Positions 1 to 10,562 of a stretch of 23,593 nt of DNA are shown here, one piece after another. Under the pieces are notes generated by a model, which was not told the DNA's origin, ran no database searches, and saw only the letters and a program-made list of their open reading frames with translations. The translations under genes were made by a program, and so were the position numbers. This DNA is from Rhynchopus sp. YZ270_cl-10 (lineage: Eukaryota). The stretch lies in assembly GCA_964035575.1 (NCBI GenBank), contig OZ037834.1, forward strand, positions 2,294,001 to 2,317,593, in the 5' to 3' direction. How positions within the stretch are numbered: the stretch's first letter is position 1; each line of letters begins with the position of its first letter.

Positions 1-177
1 GCCGCTCCTCTTCGTGCAGAACATCACAGGGTTCATGGTTGGGAAGAAGTACGAGAACGCAGGGATCGCAAAGGACGGCGCAAAGATGGTCACCGCAGTG
101 GCGACCACAAAGGTGCCCAAGGTCACCCTCGTCATCGGAGGGTCCTACGGTGCGGGGAACTACGGCATGTGTGGTCG
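1..177 (+). CDS. MCCC2: Methylcrotonyl-CoA carboxylase beta subunit, internal exon (5' part outside window)
   Basis: [59 protein letters not shown] is the carboxyltransferase signature. The exon ends at donor GTATGT (178); intron 178-241 (64 nt) ends ACAG. Confidence 0.93.
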
Positions 178-241
178 GTATGTATCATTTTCCTGACGGA
201 CCAGATTATAAAAAAACTACTCCAAAACATCTTCATCACAG

Positions 242-368
242 TGCATTCAACCCGCAGTTCATGTTCATGTGGCCCAACGCGCGTATCAGTGTGATGGGAG
301 GTAACCAGGCTGCATCAGTGCTGGGACAGGTGGGTAACCTGAACGAGGAGCAAATGCAGGCGATCAGG
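242..368 (+). CDS. MCCC2: MCC beta exon
   Basis: Splicing CG+T restores R, followed by [30 protein letters not shown]... Donor GTATGT at 369; intron 369-432 (64 nt) ends ACAG. Confidence 0.92.
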
Positions 369-432
369 GTATGTCACAACCACACACGACACCTCGCAAG
401 AATGCAACACAAACTTCCTCTATCTTTTACAG

Positions 433-507
433 GACAAATACAACCACGAAGGGTCTTGCTACTACTCCAGCGCGCGTCTCTGGGATGACGGTGTCATTGC
501 ACCTGAG
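433..507 (+). CDS. MCCC2: MCC beta exon
   Basis: [25 protein letters not shown] contains the conserved [10 protein letters not shown] motif. Donor GTATGC at 508; intron 508-580 (73 nt) ends ACACAG. Confidence 0.92.
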
Positions 508-580
508 GTATGCCATTACGAATCTCAACTGTTGGTCATGTTCGTTTCCGAATTCCCCCTTCAACAACTTCACCACACAG

Positions 581-667
581 GACACTCGCCGCACACTGGG
601 TCTTGCCTTCGACACTGCCTGCAACGCACCCAAGAACAGCACCAAATTCGGTCTGTTCCGCATGTAG
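581..667 (+). CDS. MCCC2: MCC beta last exon
   Basis: DTRRTLGLAFDTACNAPKNSTKFGLFRM then TAG. FGxFRM* is the conserved MCC-beta C-terminus. Confidence 0.93.
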   Translation, partial: DTRRTLGLAFDTACNAPKNSTKFGLFRM

Positions 668-1793
668 AATGAACACGACGTTTTGCTCCTCTTTTCTTTT
701 TGCAACATTTTCAAACATGCAATTTCTTGGTGTCTAATGGCACATGGTTTGTGACACAAATATAAAACAAAACACAAAAAAAAAAGCAAAACAAAAATAA
801 CCATATGGGATGCCTTTCGCAGGCAGCTTTTTTTTTTTGTCTGACTGCAAAAATACATCACAAAAGACGAATGCAAAAAGAAAAGAAATACAAAGAAAAG
901 CAAAAAAAGCAAAAAAAAAAAATAAACGCAAAAAGTAAAACAACGAAACAAAGACACCTTTGTGGGAAAATATGTCCACCCACTCGGCAAACAGACTAAG
1001 GTTCAAAGATGAAGAAACAGGGCATTTTGGGTTTGTGTTCCCTGTTGCCTTTTTGACTACCGTCGCGTTTGTTAGACGTCCATTTGAGTGGAGGTATGGA
1101 AAAGGTGAATTGCTCTCTGGGGATCGAACCGTGAGTCAGTATGAATGTGAACAACTGAAAGGAACAGAAGACGTTATTTCCTGATTTTTTTTTTTACTTG
1201 ATTTTTTTGCAATTTGCTTTTTAAGAAAAGCTGACCAAAACCAACCTTTTTTCAAAAAGAAGACAAAAAGAAGAAGAAGAAAAAAAGGGGGCGAAAAACG
1301 AACTGTTTTTTGATACTTTTCTTTAGTTGCGTTCATCCATACAACAGCTGTTCACCCCGCATCCCCCCTCCTTCCCCCATTTTTTCTGGTGCCTGCGTCT
1401 GCAGTGGTTGTTGCACCTTCGGCTGCACTTTTTTACTGAGTGCTGTTGCAGTGTTTGTTCTGTACTTTCATTTTATATTTGTTGTGATATTGGGAAGGGG
1501 GGGCGATATTTTATTTTTGTGCAGTCATGATGCATCCTTCATCACGAAAAGAAAAAGAGTGTTGTGCGCGAGAGGCACATCCAGCTTGAAGTTTCCCCCC
1601 CCTTTTTTTCGTGCCCGTCTCAAAAAAAAAAAATTGTTCGAAGCAACAAAAAAGTGCGCGCAAAAAAAAATAAAATACAAATCAACAAAAATTAGTAGTA
1701 TTGCACCAAAAAGTCCCACTCTTCTTTTTTGATGAATGTCCAGTTTGAATCATCACCTCACTACAATCTAACAGAACACACACATTGCGCAAA

Positions 1794-2831
1794 ATGTTCG
1801 CTACCGGCGAAAAGGAGGCGCTTGCCCAGGCGCTCCTGCAGGAGAAGAAGCTGAAGGTGCACAGTCTGGTGAACCCGCAGAAGCTGCAGGCACAGCAGGA
1901 GCATTTCGATGTGCCAGAGTGGGCAGGCATGCCGCACGAAGGAGTGCACCTGCAGGCCTTCAAGGCAGGCACGTCCATCGAGACGCATATGATCGACCGT
2001 TCGCCGTACTACCTTCTTGGGCGGAGTCAGGTCTGTGACATCCAGCTGGACCACATGTCCATCAGCCGCGTGCACTGTGCGATAGTGCACCATGAGAGCC
2101 ACTCTGTGTATATCATCGATCTTGGGTCCGGCTACGGCACTTCCGTGGGTGGCGAGAAGCTGCCGCCGAAGCAGCCGCGCAAGGTGACTGAGGATGATGA
2201 GATTGTGATTGGGGAGTCGTCCCGTGTGTACCGCGTCAAGATGAGTGCGCCTGCAGGCCGCAAGCGCAAGGTAGAGGAGGTGCAGCCTGCGTTCTCTGCT
2301 GCAGCCGAGCGGCGTCTGGAAGAGGAGCGTGAGGAGGCGGCACGCGCTGCGGAGAAGGAGATCCTTGCGCGCGCGGACAACACACGGCAGAAGGGGTCTG
2401 CGGACTTCTGGGGTGGGGGGCGCAAGCGGCAGCGTTTAGAAAAGACGGCGACACCTCCGCCGGAAGTGGCTGTGGACACTTCGGAGGTGCGCCTGTCCCA
2501 CATCCTCCTCACGTACCAGGGCACGGAGGAGTGTGTGGCAGACTGTGTGGAGGATGCGCTGCAGATCGCTGTGGACCTTCGCCGCACCATTCTGTTGAAC
2601 CTTGACGGCAAAGGCGTTGCACATAGCTTCGCCAAGGCTGCCAAGAAGAGCTCCTGCTGCAGAAGCGCTTCCAAGAAGGGAGTCCTCGGTGTCGTCGGTT
2701 CCACGTCCTTCATGTCGGATCTCTGCCCCACAGATGTCGGTGACAAGGGCAAGTTGATACAGCAGGATTCTTTGTCAGAGCCCCTCATCAGTGTACGAGG
2801 TGTGCACCTCTTGTACCGGCACCCTGTCTGA
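1794..2831 (+). CDS. FHA domain + C-terminal parvulin-type (rotamase) PPIase-like protein, Par42/Par45-like
   Basis: First ATG at 1794 (the track starts at an upstream TTG); GC-rich and intronless. FHA motifs: LLGR..CDI.LDH.SISR.H..IVH, IDLGSGYGT.V. Parvulin motifs: VRLSHILL, F...A...S.C.SA.K.G.LG, LSEPLISVRGVHLLYR. Basic NLS-like patches RKRK and RKRQR. A candidate splice acceptor CTAACAG lies at 1768-1774. Confidence 0.85.
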   Translation: MFATGEKEALAQALLQEKKLKVHSLVNPQKLQAQQEHFDVPEWAGMPHEGVHLQAFKAGTSIETHMIDRSPYYLLGRSQVCDIQLDHMSISRVHCAIVHHESHSVYIIDLGSGYGTSVGGEKLPPKQPRKVTEDDEIVIGESSRVYRVKMSAPAGRKRKVEEVQPAFSAAAERRLEEEREEAARAAEKEILARADNTRQKGSADFWGGGRKRQRLEKTATPPPEVAVDTSEVRLSHILLTYQGTEECVADCVEDALQIAVDLRRTILLNLDGKGVAHSFAKAAKKSSCCRSASKKGVLGVVGSTSFMSDLCPTDVGDKGKLIQQDSLSEPLISVRGVHLLYRHPV

Positions 2832-3231
2832 TTGCTTTGGGGTTCGGGGGTCTTGTGGGAGGCAATTCTGCCTTCAAGTTATGATTCAAGTTGTGATGAT
2901 TGTCCGTCTTCTCAAAAAATAAAAGGCTGCACATCTAAAGAAAACTTCCAGAACACCCCCAAGAAACTGATTATTAGTGCCTAGTCCCCATCTCTTAGCT
3001 CCTTGGCTCCACAGGTGGGGACCACTTTTTTACACATTACACCACACTTGTCCTTTTTTAACCCTTCTTTTCCCTCCCCTTTGTGTTTATTTTATTGTGA
3101 GCCTTGTACGCCTCCACGGGGTGGTCCCTGGGCAACGGTTGAGGGTGCAGGCCGGCGAAGCGCAAGGCGTAGTGTGTCTTGCCCTTATTTCCTTTTGATT
3201 TTTGTTTTCTTTTTGTTTTCCTTTTGGTGAA

Positions 3232-3725
3232 GATGTGCAGGTGGAGAGCCCAGGTATCGGCTGTAGCGCTCCTGTGTGGATATGTGGATGTGTGGAACAC
3301 CCACTGCAGCAAGAGCATTAGCAAGAGCACCAACAACTGCACCTGCAACAGCCGCAAGAACTACAGCAGTAACAGCAACTGCAGCAGCCAAGGCTGGAGT
3401 GAGAGAGTGGGTGCGGTGCCGGGCATGGTGGAGGCTCAGTCAGGAGTGGGTGTGGAGAGCAACAGCAACAGCAATGACAACAGCAGCTGCAGCATCAACA
3501 TCAACATCATGGGTGAGACGGTGTGAGAGGTATGCTGGTGTTCGGGGACAGCCTTGGGGGGTTTGAAGAGCAGAGTTTAGTGCCACTAAGGTATACCCAC
3601 CAGGGGAGTGTAAAGATAGAGTTATGGTTTGACTGGTGGTGCAGGAGGAAGAGTGCTGAAGCGACCGAGGAGCTCACCTGGTGTGACTTAGCTTTGAGCT
3701 CACTGGTGTGCACATGGAGTGGCCT
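3232..3725 (+). pseudogene. Decayed Q-rich coding-like sequence
   Basis: The frame shared with the 3523 ORF gives CAG/CAA runs (LQQEH*QEHQQLHLQQPQELQQ*QQLQQP...EQQQQQ*QQQLQHQHQHH) broken by in-frame TAG/TAA/TGA. Confidence 0.4.
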
Positions 3726-4860
3726 TCCATGCACAGCATCCATGCACAGCATCCATGCACAGCATCCATGCACAGCATCCATGCACAGCATCCATGCACA
3801 GCATCCATGCACAGCATCCATGCACAGCATCCATGCACAGCATCCATGCACAGCATCCATGCACAGCATCCATGCACAGCATCCATGCACAGCATCCATG
3901 CACAGCATCCATGCACAGCATCCATGCACAGCATCCATGCACAGCATCCATGCACAGCATCCATGCACAGCATCCATGCACAGCATCCATGCACAGCATC
4001 CATGCACAGCATCCTTGCACAGCATCCATGCACAGCATCCATGCACAGCATCCATGCACAGCATCCATGCACAGCATCCATGCACAGCATCCATGCACAG
4101 CATCCATGCACAGCATCCATGCACAGCATCCTTGCACAGCATCCATGCACAGCATCCATGCACAGCATCCATGCACAGCATCCATGCACAGCATCCATGC
4201 ACAGCATCCATGCACAGCATCCATGCACAGCATCCATGCACAGCATCCTTGCACAGCATCCTTGCACAGCATCCTTGCACAGCATCCTTGCACAGCATCC
4301 TTGCACAGCATCCTTGCACAGCATCCTTGCACAGCATCCTTGCACAGCATCCTTGCACAGCATCCTTGCACAGCATCCTTGCACAGCATCCTTGCACAGC
4401 ATCCTTGCACAGCATCCTTGCACAGCATCCTTGCACAGCATCCTTGCACAGCATCCTTGCACAGCATCCTTGCACAGCATCCTTGCACAGCATCCTTGCA
4501 CAGCATCCTTGCACAGCATCCTTGCACAGCATCCTTGCACAGCATCCTTGCACAGCATCCTTGCACAGCATCCTTGCACAGCATCCTTGCACAGCATCCT
4601 TGCACAGCATCCTTGCACAGCATCCTTGCACAGCATCCTTGCACAGCATCCTTGCACAGCATCCTTGCACAGCATCCTTGCACAGCATCCTTGCACAGCA
4701 TCCTTGCACAGCATCCTTGCACAGCATCCTTGCACAGCATCCTTGCACAGCATCCTTGCACAGCATCCTTGCACAGCATCCTTGCACAGCATCCTTGCAC
4801 AGCATCCTTGCACAGCATCCTTGCACAGCATCCTTGCACAGCATCCTTGCACAGCATCCT
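3726..4860. repeat. 13-bp minisatellite (GCACAGCATCC[A/T]T)n, ~87 units
   Basis: Direct reading. The A-variant dominates up to 4248 and only the T-variant occurs from 4249. Confidence 0.98.
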
Positions 4861-4908
4861 GGTATCTAAGGTGCACAGGGTGCTTGAAAACCCACTGCAC
4901 GAAACTCC

Positions 4909-5013
4909 GGGGTTCATTTTTTTTTTACACAAAAGGGGTTCATTTTTTTTTACACAAAAAACTATGTTAAGACGAAATCCTAAAAAACCTTAGTTTTTTA
5001 GTCTTTACTATAG
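4909..5013 (+). repeat. Isolated copy of the retroposon 5' head followed by a hairpin motif
   Basis: 2x GGGGTTCAT(T)nACACA + AAAAACTATGTTAAGACGAAATCCTA matches the heads at 5164-5278 and 10951-11045. It then continues as CTAAAAAAC-CTTA-GTTTTTTAG TCTTTACTATAGA, also present at 10831-10871. Confidence 0.85.
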
Positions 5014-5023
5014 AGATGTGCGC

Positions 5024-5102
5024 CACCCACACCACACACACTACACACCCACACACAGCACACCCACACACACCCACACACACACACACACACACCCCCT
5101 CA

Positions 5103-5137
<35 letters not shown>
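5024..5137. repeat. Imperfect (CA)n microsatellite followed by poly(T)
   Basis: Direct reading; T-run at 5105-5137. Confidence 0.9.
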
Positions 5138-5138
<1 letters not shown>

Positions 5139-5140
5139 TT

Positions 5141-8100
5141 TTGTCGGTGGAGGGTCTGCGCGAGGGGTTCATTTTTTTTTTACACAGGGGTTCATTTTTT
5201 TTTACACAGGGGTTCATTTTTTTTTACACAGGGGTTCATTTTTTTTTACACAAAAAACTATGTTAAGACGAAATCCTACCGATGTGCCTACATGGGGCGT
5301 CCCCCGTTAGTAGTGCGCCAGATGAGGGGCATGAAGCGAAAAGCGGCTAAAGGTGCAGGCCTGTGTTGCAGCACAGGTCTGGAGAGTTGAGGCAACTCGC
5401 CTGCTGAGCGTGAGAGGAATCAAGGCAGAGGTTCGCTGTCCAAGTAAAACCTACCCTGGTCATCCTCTGCCTGTTTTGTTTTCTGTCGTGATTGTTTGTG
5501 TTTGTGGGCGGGATCAGATGGGTGGAGGGTGTTTGCTTTTTGTTTAGCTTGGAGAAGGGCCACTCTCGCACACTCCTTGTTATCTATCATCTAGTTTCAT
5601 TTTTTCATGCATCCCCAAAGTATGTAGACAGAGAGTCAAGACCACCTTGGCCAAAAGGGTTTTTTCACCACACTTTTCTTTTGCTTCCATTCGTGGAAGC
5701 GTTTGCTTTTCTTCTGTTCCTGGCCTGACGTGTGTTCAACAGGTGTGCTATTTTTACTGAGTGGAATCCATTTTTCTTTTTCCAGGTGAGGCACTAAAAC
5801 AAGACATCCTGCAGACAACGAAACAATGGGCACGTGTGTTTTTTATTCTCCCTTCCCTTCTTTTAAGTAAGGAGGATTAGGTCTTCTTTTTTTCCTTTTT
5901 TTGCCCCATAAGTGTGACGCCTGTGTATTCAAATTGATTAAAAAGAATAAAAAACAAACACACGATGCAGTTTCTTGTTTTGTTTAGGAGGAAGTGGCCA
6001 CTTACTTTACTTTACCGCCCACCTTTTATACTAAAACTTGAAACACCGACCTTTTTTGGTCATCATTTTTTCATTTCCTTTTTCCTTTTCCATTTTCCTG
6101 TTCATTTTATTGTCTTTATTGTTTACTCCATTCTTCCTTTTTCCTTTCTTCTATTCTCACATACAAAAAAAGACCAAGTACATAAAAGAGAAAAAAAAGG
6201 GTCTGCGCCAGGCGGCAGTGAAGAAGGTCCAGGGCCGCGCTGATCTGTCGAGTGCGGCTGTCCCTAATTTTGGGGTCTGGCAGCGGCTGATGACGAGTGG
6301 GGACAGAGGAGACCAGCGAACGTGGGCGGATGCCATTGCAGTGGCGGGGGCAGGGGAGGCTCTTGAGGTATCTGTGGTCATCCTCAACGAGTTCGCCCGC
6401 CCTTCTCTGATGGTGCCAAGAAAACGGCCTAAGGCAGTGGTCCTTCTCCTCCACTCGGGTGACCAGGATGCGGCAGATGGATCCGGCAGTATCCCGGGAC
6501 ACTACGAGCCCCTCACCATGGACCCGGCTCTGCAGCAGCACATCCTGTCTTTTGAGGCCACAGGTGGTAAGGGGGAGTGCCAGTCAGAGCGCCCCATGGC
6601 TTTTGTGGGAGCGAGGGAGGCGGAGGCGTCGAACACTTTCCTGCAGTGCGAACAATGCAGCAAGCTCTTCGATGCGTCGGACGCACACTTCTGCTGTCAC
6701 ACGTGTGGTGGCTTGGCATGTCTGCACTGCGCTCAGGGGTCCAAGCACTGCCCTCTGTCGCAAATTGGCAGGGCGGAATACTTCAGTGCCCTGTCTTTTT
6801 TGCACTCGAATGTTCCGGCTCAGGCTGCCTCTGCGGAGGGGAGCGGAGACCCACCACCTAAACGGGCTCCTTCTCCAGCAGTGCCAGCTCCCGAGGGCGA
6901 GGACGTCGAGGAGGTAGACACGCCAATGGCGGGCGAAGAGGGGCAGCAGGCAGAACAGAAGCAGCAGAAGCACGAGAAGCAACGGAAACAGCAGAAGCAG
7001 CAACAACAAAAGGCGGACCAGGATAAGAAGGAAGCGTTGCAGCGTGCGTCGGACGCGTGGCAGCAAGCCCTGGAGGTACGGCGGGAGCATCGTCGGTCGT
7101 GGGGACCGGATTTGGCCGCGCTTCGGGGCACTTTTGGCGACCGCCAGCAGGAGTTGAGTCGTTTCCTGGAGGAACAGAATGTGCGTCTGGACCAGGCGAA
7201 GGCGGCGGACAGGCATCGTGTGGAGGAGCTGACCGCCAGGCACAAGCGGGAACTCGCAGAGGACGCGAAGAGGATGCATGCGCAGTACTTGGAAGACTGC
7301 GATCGGCACCCCGAAGCAGGAGAGTCGCTCCGGGCGGAGTATGACAGGCAACGCTGCGAGAGGCATTACGCCATCGCAGCTAAGCATGAGTCGGAGCAGA
7401 AGGCGACCACTCTGTTGTTGACGGCGGTGAACCTCTCCCGACAGCTGGAGGCGGAACGCATGGTGGCATACGGGCGGTGCTTTGGGGTGGTGTGCGAAGG
7501 GCGGCTATTCCTCCCCTGCCATGCGGTGCGGAGAGCGGTGGGCGACGACCCTGAAGGACTCGAACCTGACTGTGTCGGCGACTGGATGGCTCTCTTTGGT
7601 CCTCAAGGTGCTTCTCCGTGCCCGGGCGAGTTCCTGTACTGCTGGGCGACACAGCAGCCGTGGAGTGGGAACGGGGAGGGGGACGGTGATTGCCCGGAGT
7701 CGGTGGTCGCCCGTCAGGCGGTTAGGAAGATAGCAGGGGAGGCCGGATACTGCGACACCTGGGGCAAGACCAGCGCGGTCATCGTCGTTCGGGAAGGCAG
7801 GGTCAGCTGGGGAACCCCTTCTCGGGATCAGCTGGAGGAGGAGGTGGGGCGACAGGCCGAGGCGGCAGACACCGAGGTGCGTGTGAAGGTGGAGGAGATG
7901 GATGATGATGAGCAGGAGCAGGAGGAGGACCTCGACACCGCGATGGAGGGGGCGGATCGCTCGCATCCTCTGTCAGTGGAAGGCATCCCTGACCAGAAGA
8001 AGCAAGCGAGGGTGAGGGAATTGCTGAGGGCGCAGAGCGAGGCTTGGATGTGGACGGAGGAGGAGCGGACGGAGAGGGGGGGTCTTTTCCCGTGCCTCAC

Positions 8101-8745
8101 CATGGGGTCGCCGGTGCCTTCTTCTGTGACGAAGTGGATCTCCCTGTTCAGGGAGAGAAACAGGATGGCAGACCCTTGTTGTCACTCCCCCTCTCTACCG
8201 CTACTTTCACTCAGTGGTATGAGGTGATGAAGGTGGTGGGTTTGCATGAGTGGTCGGTTCAGGAAAAGTGCAAGGCAAAGTCGACGTTGCATGCCCTGAC
8301 GGACAACCGGAGCAGTAGGGGGCAGGCCTTTGCAGCGGAGAGTACAAGGAGGGAGAATGAGGCACGAGCGGCTCGAGAGGGAATAGGCCGACAACCTCAA
8401 GCCTCCTCTTCTTCTTCTTCTTCCTCCACCTCTGCAGGCCGTGGCACTACAACCTCCATCGCCCAACCTGCAGTCTCCACTTCTTCCTCCTCCTCATCGG
8501 CAGGCCGTGGCAATGCAACCTCCTCCGCCCAACCTGCTCCTTCCCCAGCTCCCAAAGGACCCCAGCGCCATGCAGCTCAGGGTAGGTCCAACACGTCGAA
8601 CGTGTTCACCGACGCAGTGGCACAAGCGACGCAGCATGTGCTCTCGCCCCAGGAGGTGCAGAGAGGGCGCAATGGTCGCGGTGGTGGACAGAAGGGGAGA
8701 CAGAGCGGAGGAAGGAAGGGGAAAAAGGGGAATAAAAAGAATTAG
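5141..8745 (+). pseudogene. Interrupted and frameshifted ORF: C-terminal half of an OTU-like protease, Cys/His zinc finger, Q/E/R coiled coil, S-rich and basic C-terminal tail
   Basis: Removing the insert and one TSD joins LSVEGLR (5141-5161) in frame to QAAVKKVQGR... (6209). OTU-like features: LRQAAV helix, RTWADAIAV, VLLLH...GHYEPL. Zinc finger: CEQC-x11-CCHTC-x4-CLHC-x5-HC. A probable -1 frameshift near 8040 leads into the 8044-8745 frame. Confidence 0.55.
5162..6197 (+). mobile_element. Non-autonomous non-LTR retroposon (SINE-like), full-length copy 1
   Basis: Flanked by the 11-bp direct repeat AGGGTCTGCGC (5151-5161 and 6198-6208), with an A-rich 3' end. Homologous to 10017-10592 and 10951-11961. 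No credible ORF. Confidence 0.9.
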
Positions 8746-9732
8746 AGAGCTAGAGAGTTAGAGGGTGAGAGTGTGTGTGTAGAAGCGTGTAGAGAATGAC
8801 AGTTTGCCCCATGTTTATTTTTAACCCTTTTTATTTTGTGTTTTTTGTTCTTTTCATCCTTTGGGGTTTGCCCCCCCTTTCCCCCCTTTCCGCCCCCCTT
8901 CCTATTTGTTAATATTTTTGGTTGGCTGCTGGCTAGGACGGGTCTACCCCAGCGACGGCCCGTACCCCTTGGACGAGGCTCTGAGGGTAGAGGGCAGTCT
9001 CGGAGTAAGACCTGTCTAAGAGCCAGGCCAGTGGCATCAGGAGCCATTGGGCCACTTTTATAGATTGTGCAGTAGAGTAGAGTTTGTACAGAACTCTTGT
9101 CCTTTGAGTTCCTTTTTTCACTCCTTTAGTTTTTCATTTTTACCTTGTGAAGGTCAATTTCAATTTTTCATTTTTCAAAACCACCACAGGTAAGCACGAG
9201 ACCCACCATTGTTGTTGTTGATTTTGTTGTGCGTTATTGTTGTTTTCCCCTTTGGGTGTCAGTCAGTCGGGTCAGGTCACACTTACTGAAGTTCTCAAAA
9301 ATTTTCACCAAAAAGAAAACTACTAAAAAGATTATGGAACTTCCTTTTTATTTGTTTGTGTGTTACAGAGGAAACGGCTCACTCAATCCCCTCCTTCTCC
9401 TCCCCTCCCCTCCCCAAGACAAAGCAAAATAAAACTACACCGGTAGACAGAGCAACCCTCCCGTCCCATCCCCTCCCCTTTTCCTTTTGGGAAAAATTGC
9501 ACTCACTTACTACCCTTTTGCTTATTTGCAGGGAAGTGTTGGTTGTAGTTGTCCCACATGCTTTCTATTTTAGTGCCACTAACTGTGTTTTCAGGCACTG
9601 TCTTGCCAGTACAATAGTAAAGTGCCCTTGTCTGGACATCTAGCTGTTTACATACTCGCTTGACTAGTAAGTACCCCCTCTGTCACTGGATGTAGATAAA
9701 AAAAGCGAGCCTAGGGCTAAGTTGAACAACAC

Positions 9733-9733
<1 letters not shown>

Positions 9734-9802
<69 letters not shown>
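9734..9802 (+). repeat. Poly(A) tract, 69 nt, probable retroposon tail
   Basis: Uninterrupted A-run; no matching TSD found upstream. Confidence 0.75.
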
Positions 9803-9805
<3 letters not shown>

Positions 9806-10016
9806 TAAAACATGACACTTGTGGCATGCTTCCCAGCACAGGAAAGTGCATTGAAAAACCTGAAAAAACACATGTAATATGTGATGGTCAAAAGTGCAAG
9901 ATTCCTTCGTTAATGAACTTTTTGAGTACCAGTTATACCTGGGGAATATGGTCAGATCACTCTTTTGACCATCTTGCGTTTACCACAAAAACACCTCTTT
10001 TTACCAGGCCACTTTT

Positions 10017-10562
10017 AGACAGAGAGTCAAGACCACCTTGGCCAAAAGGGTTTTTTCACCACACTTTTCTTTTGCTTCCATTCGTGGAAGCGTTTGCTTT
10101 TCTTCTGTTCCTGGCCTGACGTGTGTTCAACAGGTGTGCTATTTTTACTGAGTGGAATCCATTTTTCTTTTTCCAGGTGAGGCACTAAAACAAGACATCC
10201 TGCAGACAACGAAACAATGGGCACGTGTGTTTTTTATTCTCCCTTCCCTTCTTTTAAGTAAGGAGGATTAGGTCTTCTTTTTTTCCTTTTTTTGCCCCAT
10301 AAGTGTGACGCCTGTGTATTCAAATTGATTAAAAAGAATAAAAAACAAACACACGATGCAGTTTCTTGTTTTGTTTAGGAGGAAGTGGCCACTTACTTTA
10401 CTTTACCGCCCACCTTTTATACTAAAACTTGAAACACCGACCTTTTTTGGTCATCATTTTTTCATTTCCTTTTTCCTTTTCCATTTTCCTGTTCATTTTA
10501 TTGTCTTTATTGTTTACTCCATTCTTCCTTTTTCCTTTCTTCTATTCTACTACATAAAAGAG

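Noticed and set aside
668..1790. Short F/K-rich ORFs
   Set aside because: A/T homopolymer-rich UTR or intergenic DNA with no protein-like composition.
3318..3372. TAA/TAG reassigned to Gln
   Set aside because: MCC beta ends with TAG exactly at its conserved C-terminus, and TGA stops interrupt the same frame.
3507..4993. 400-450 aa ORFs in all six frames
   Set aside because: Translations of the stop-free 13-bp minisatellite.
5318..5345. Hammerhead or HDV ribozyme (CAGATGAG...CGAAA; CTAA before AGGTGCA)
   Set aside because: The core is CAGATGA rather than CTGATGA, the stems do not assemble, and the candidate HDV catalytic C is not conserved in copy 2.
6038..6197. Hydrophobic N-terminus (signal or TM) of the 729-aa ORF
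   Set aside because: It is the T-rich tail of the inserted retroposon read in frame by chance.
9050..10017. GGCCACTTTTA at 9050-9060 and 10007-10017 as a further TSD
   Set aside because: The poly(A) lies in the middle rather than next to the second copy, and the 10006 copy is already explained by the 10017-10592 insertion.
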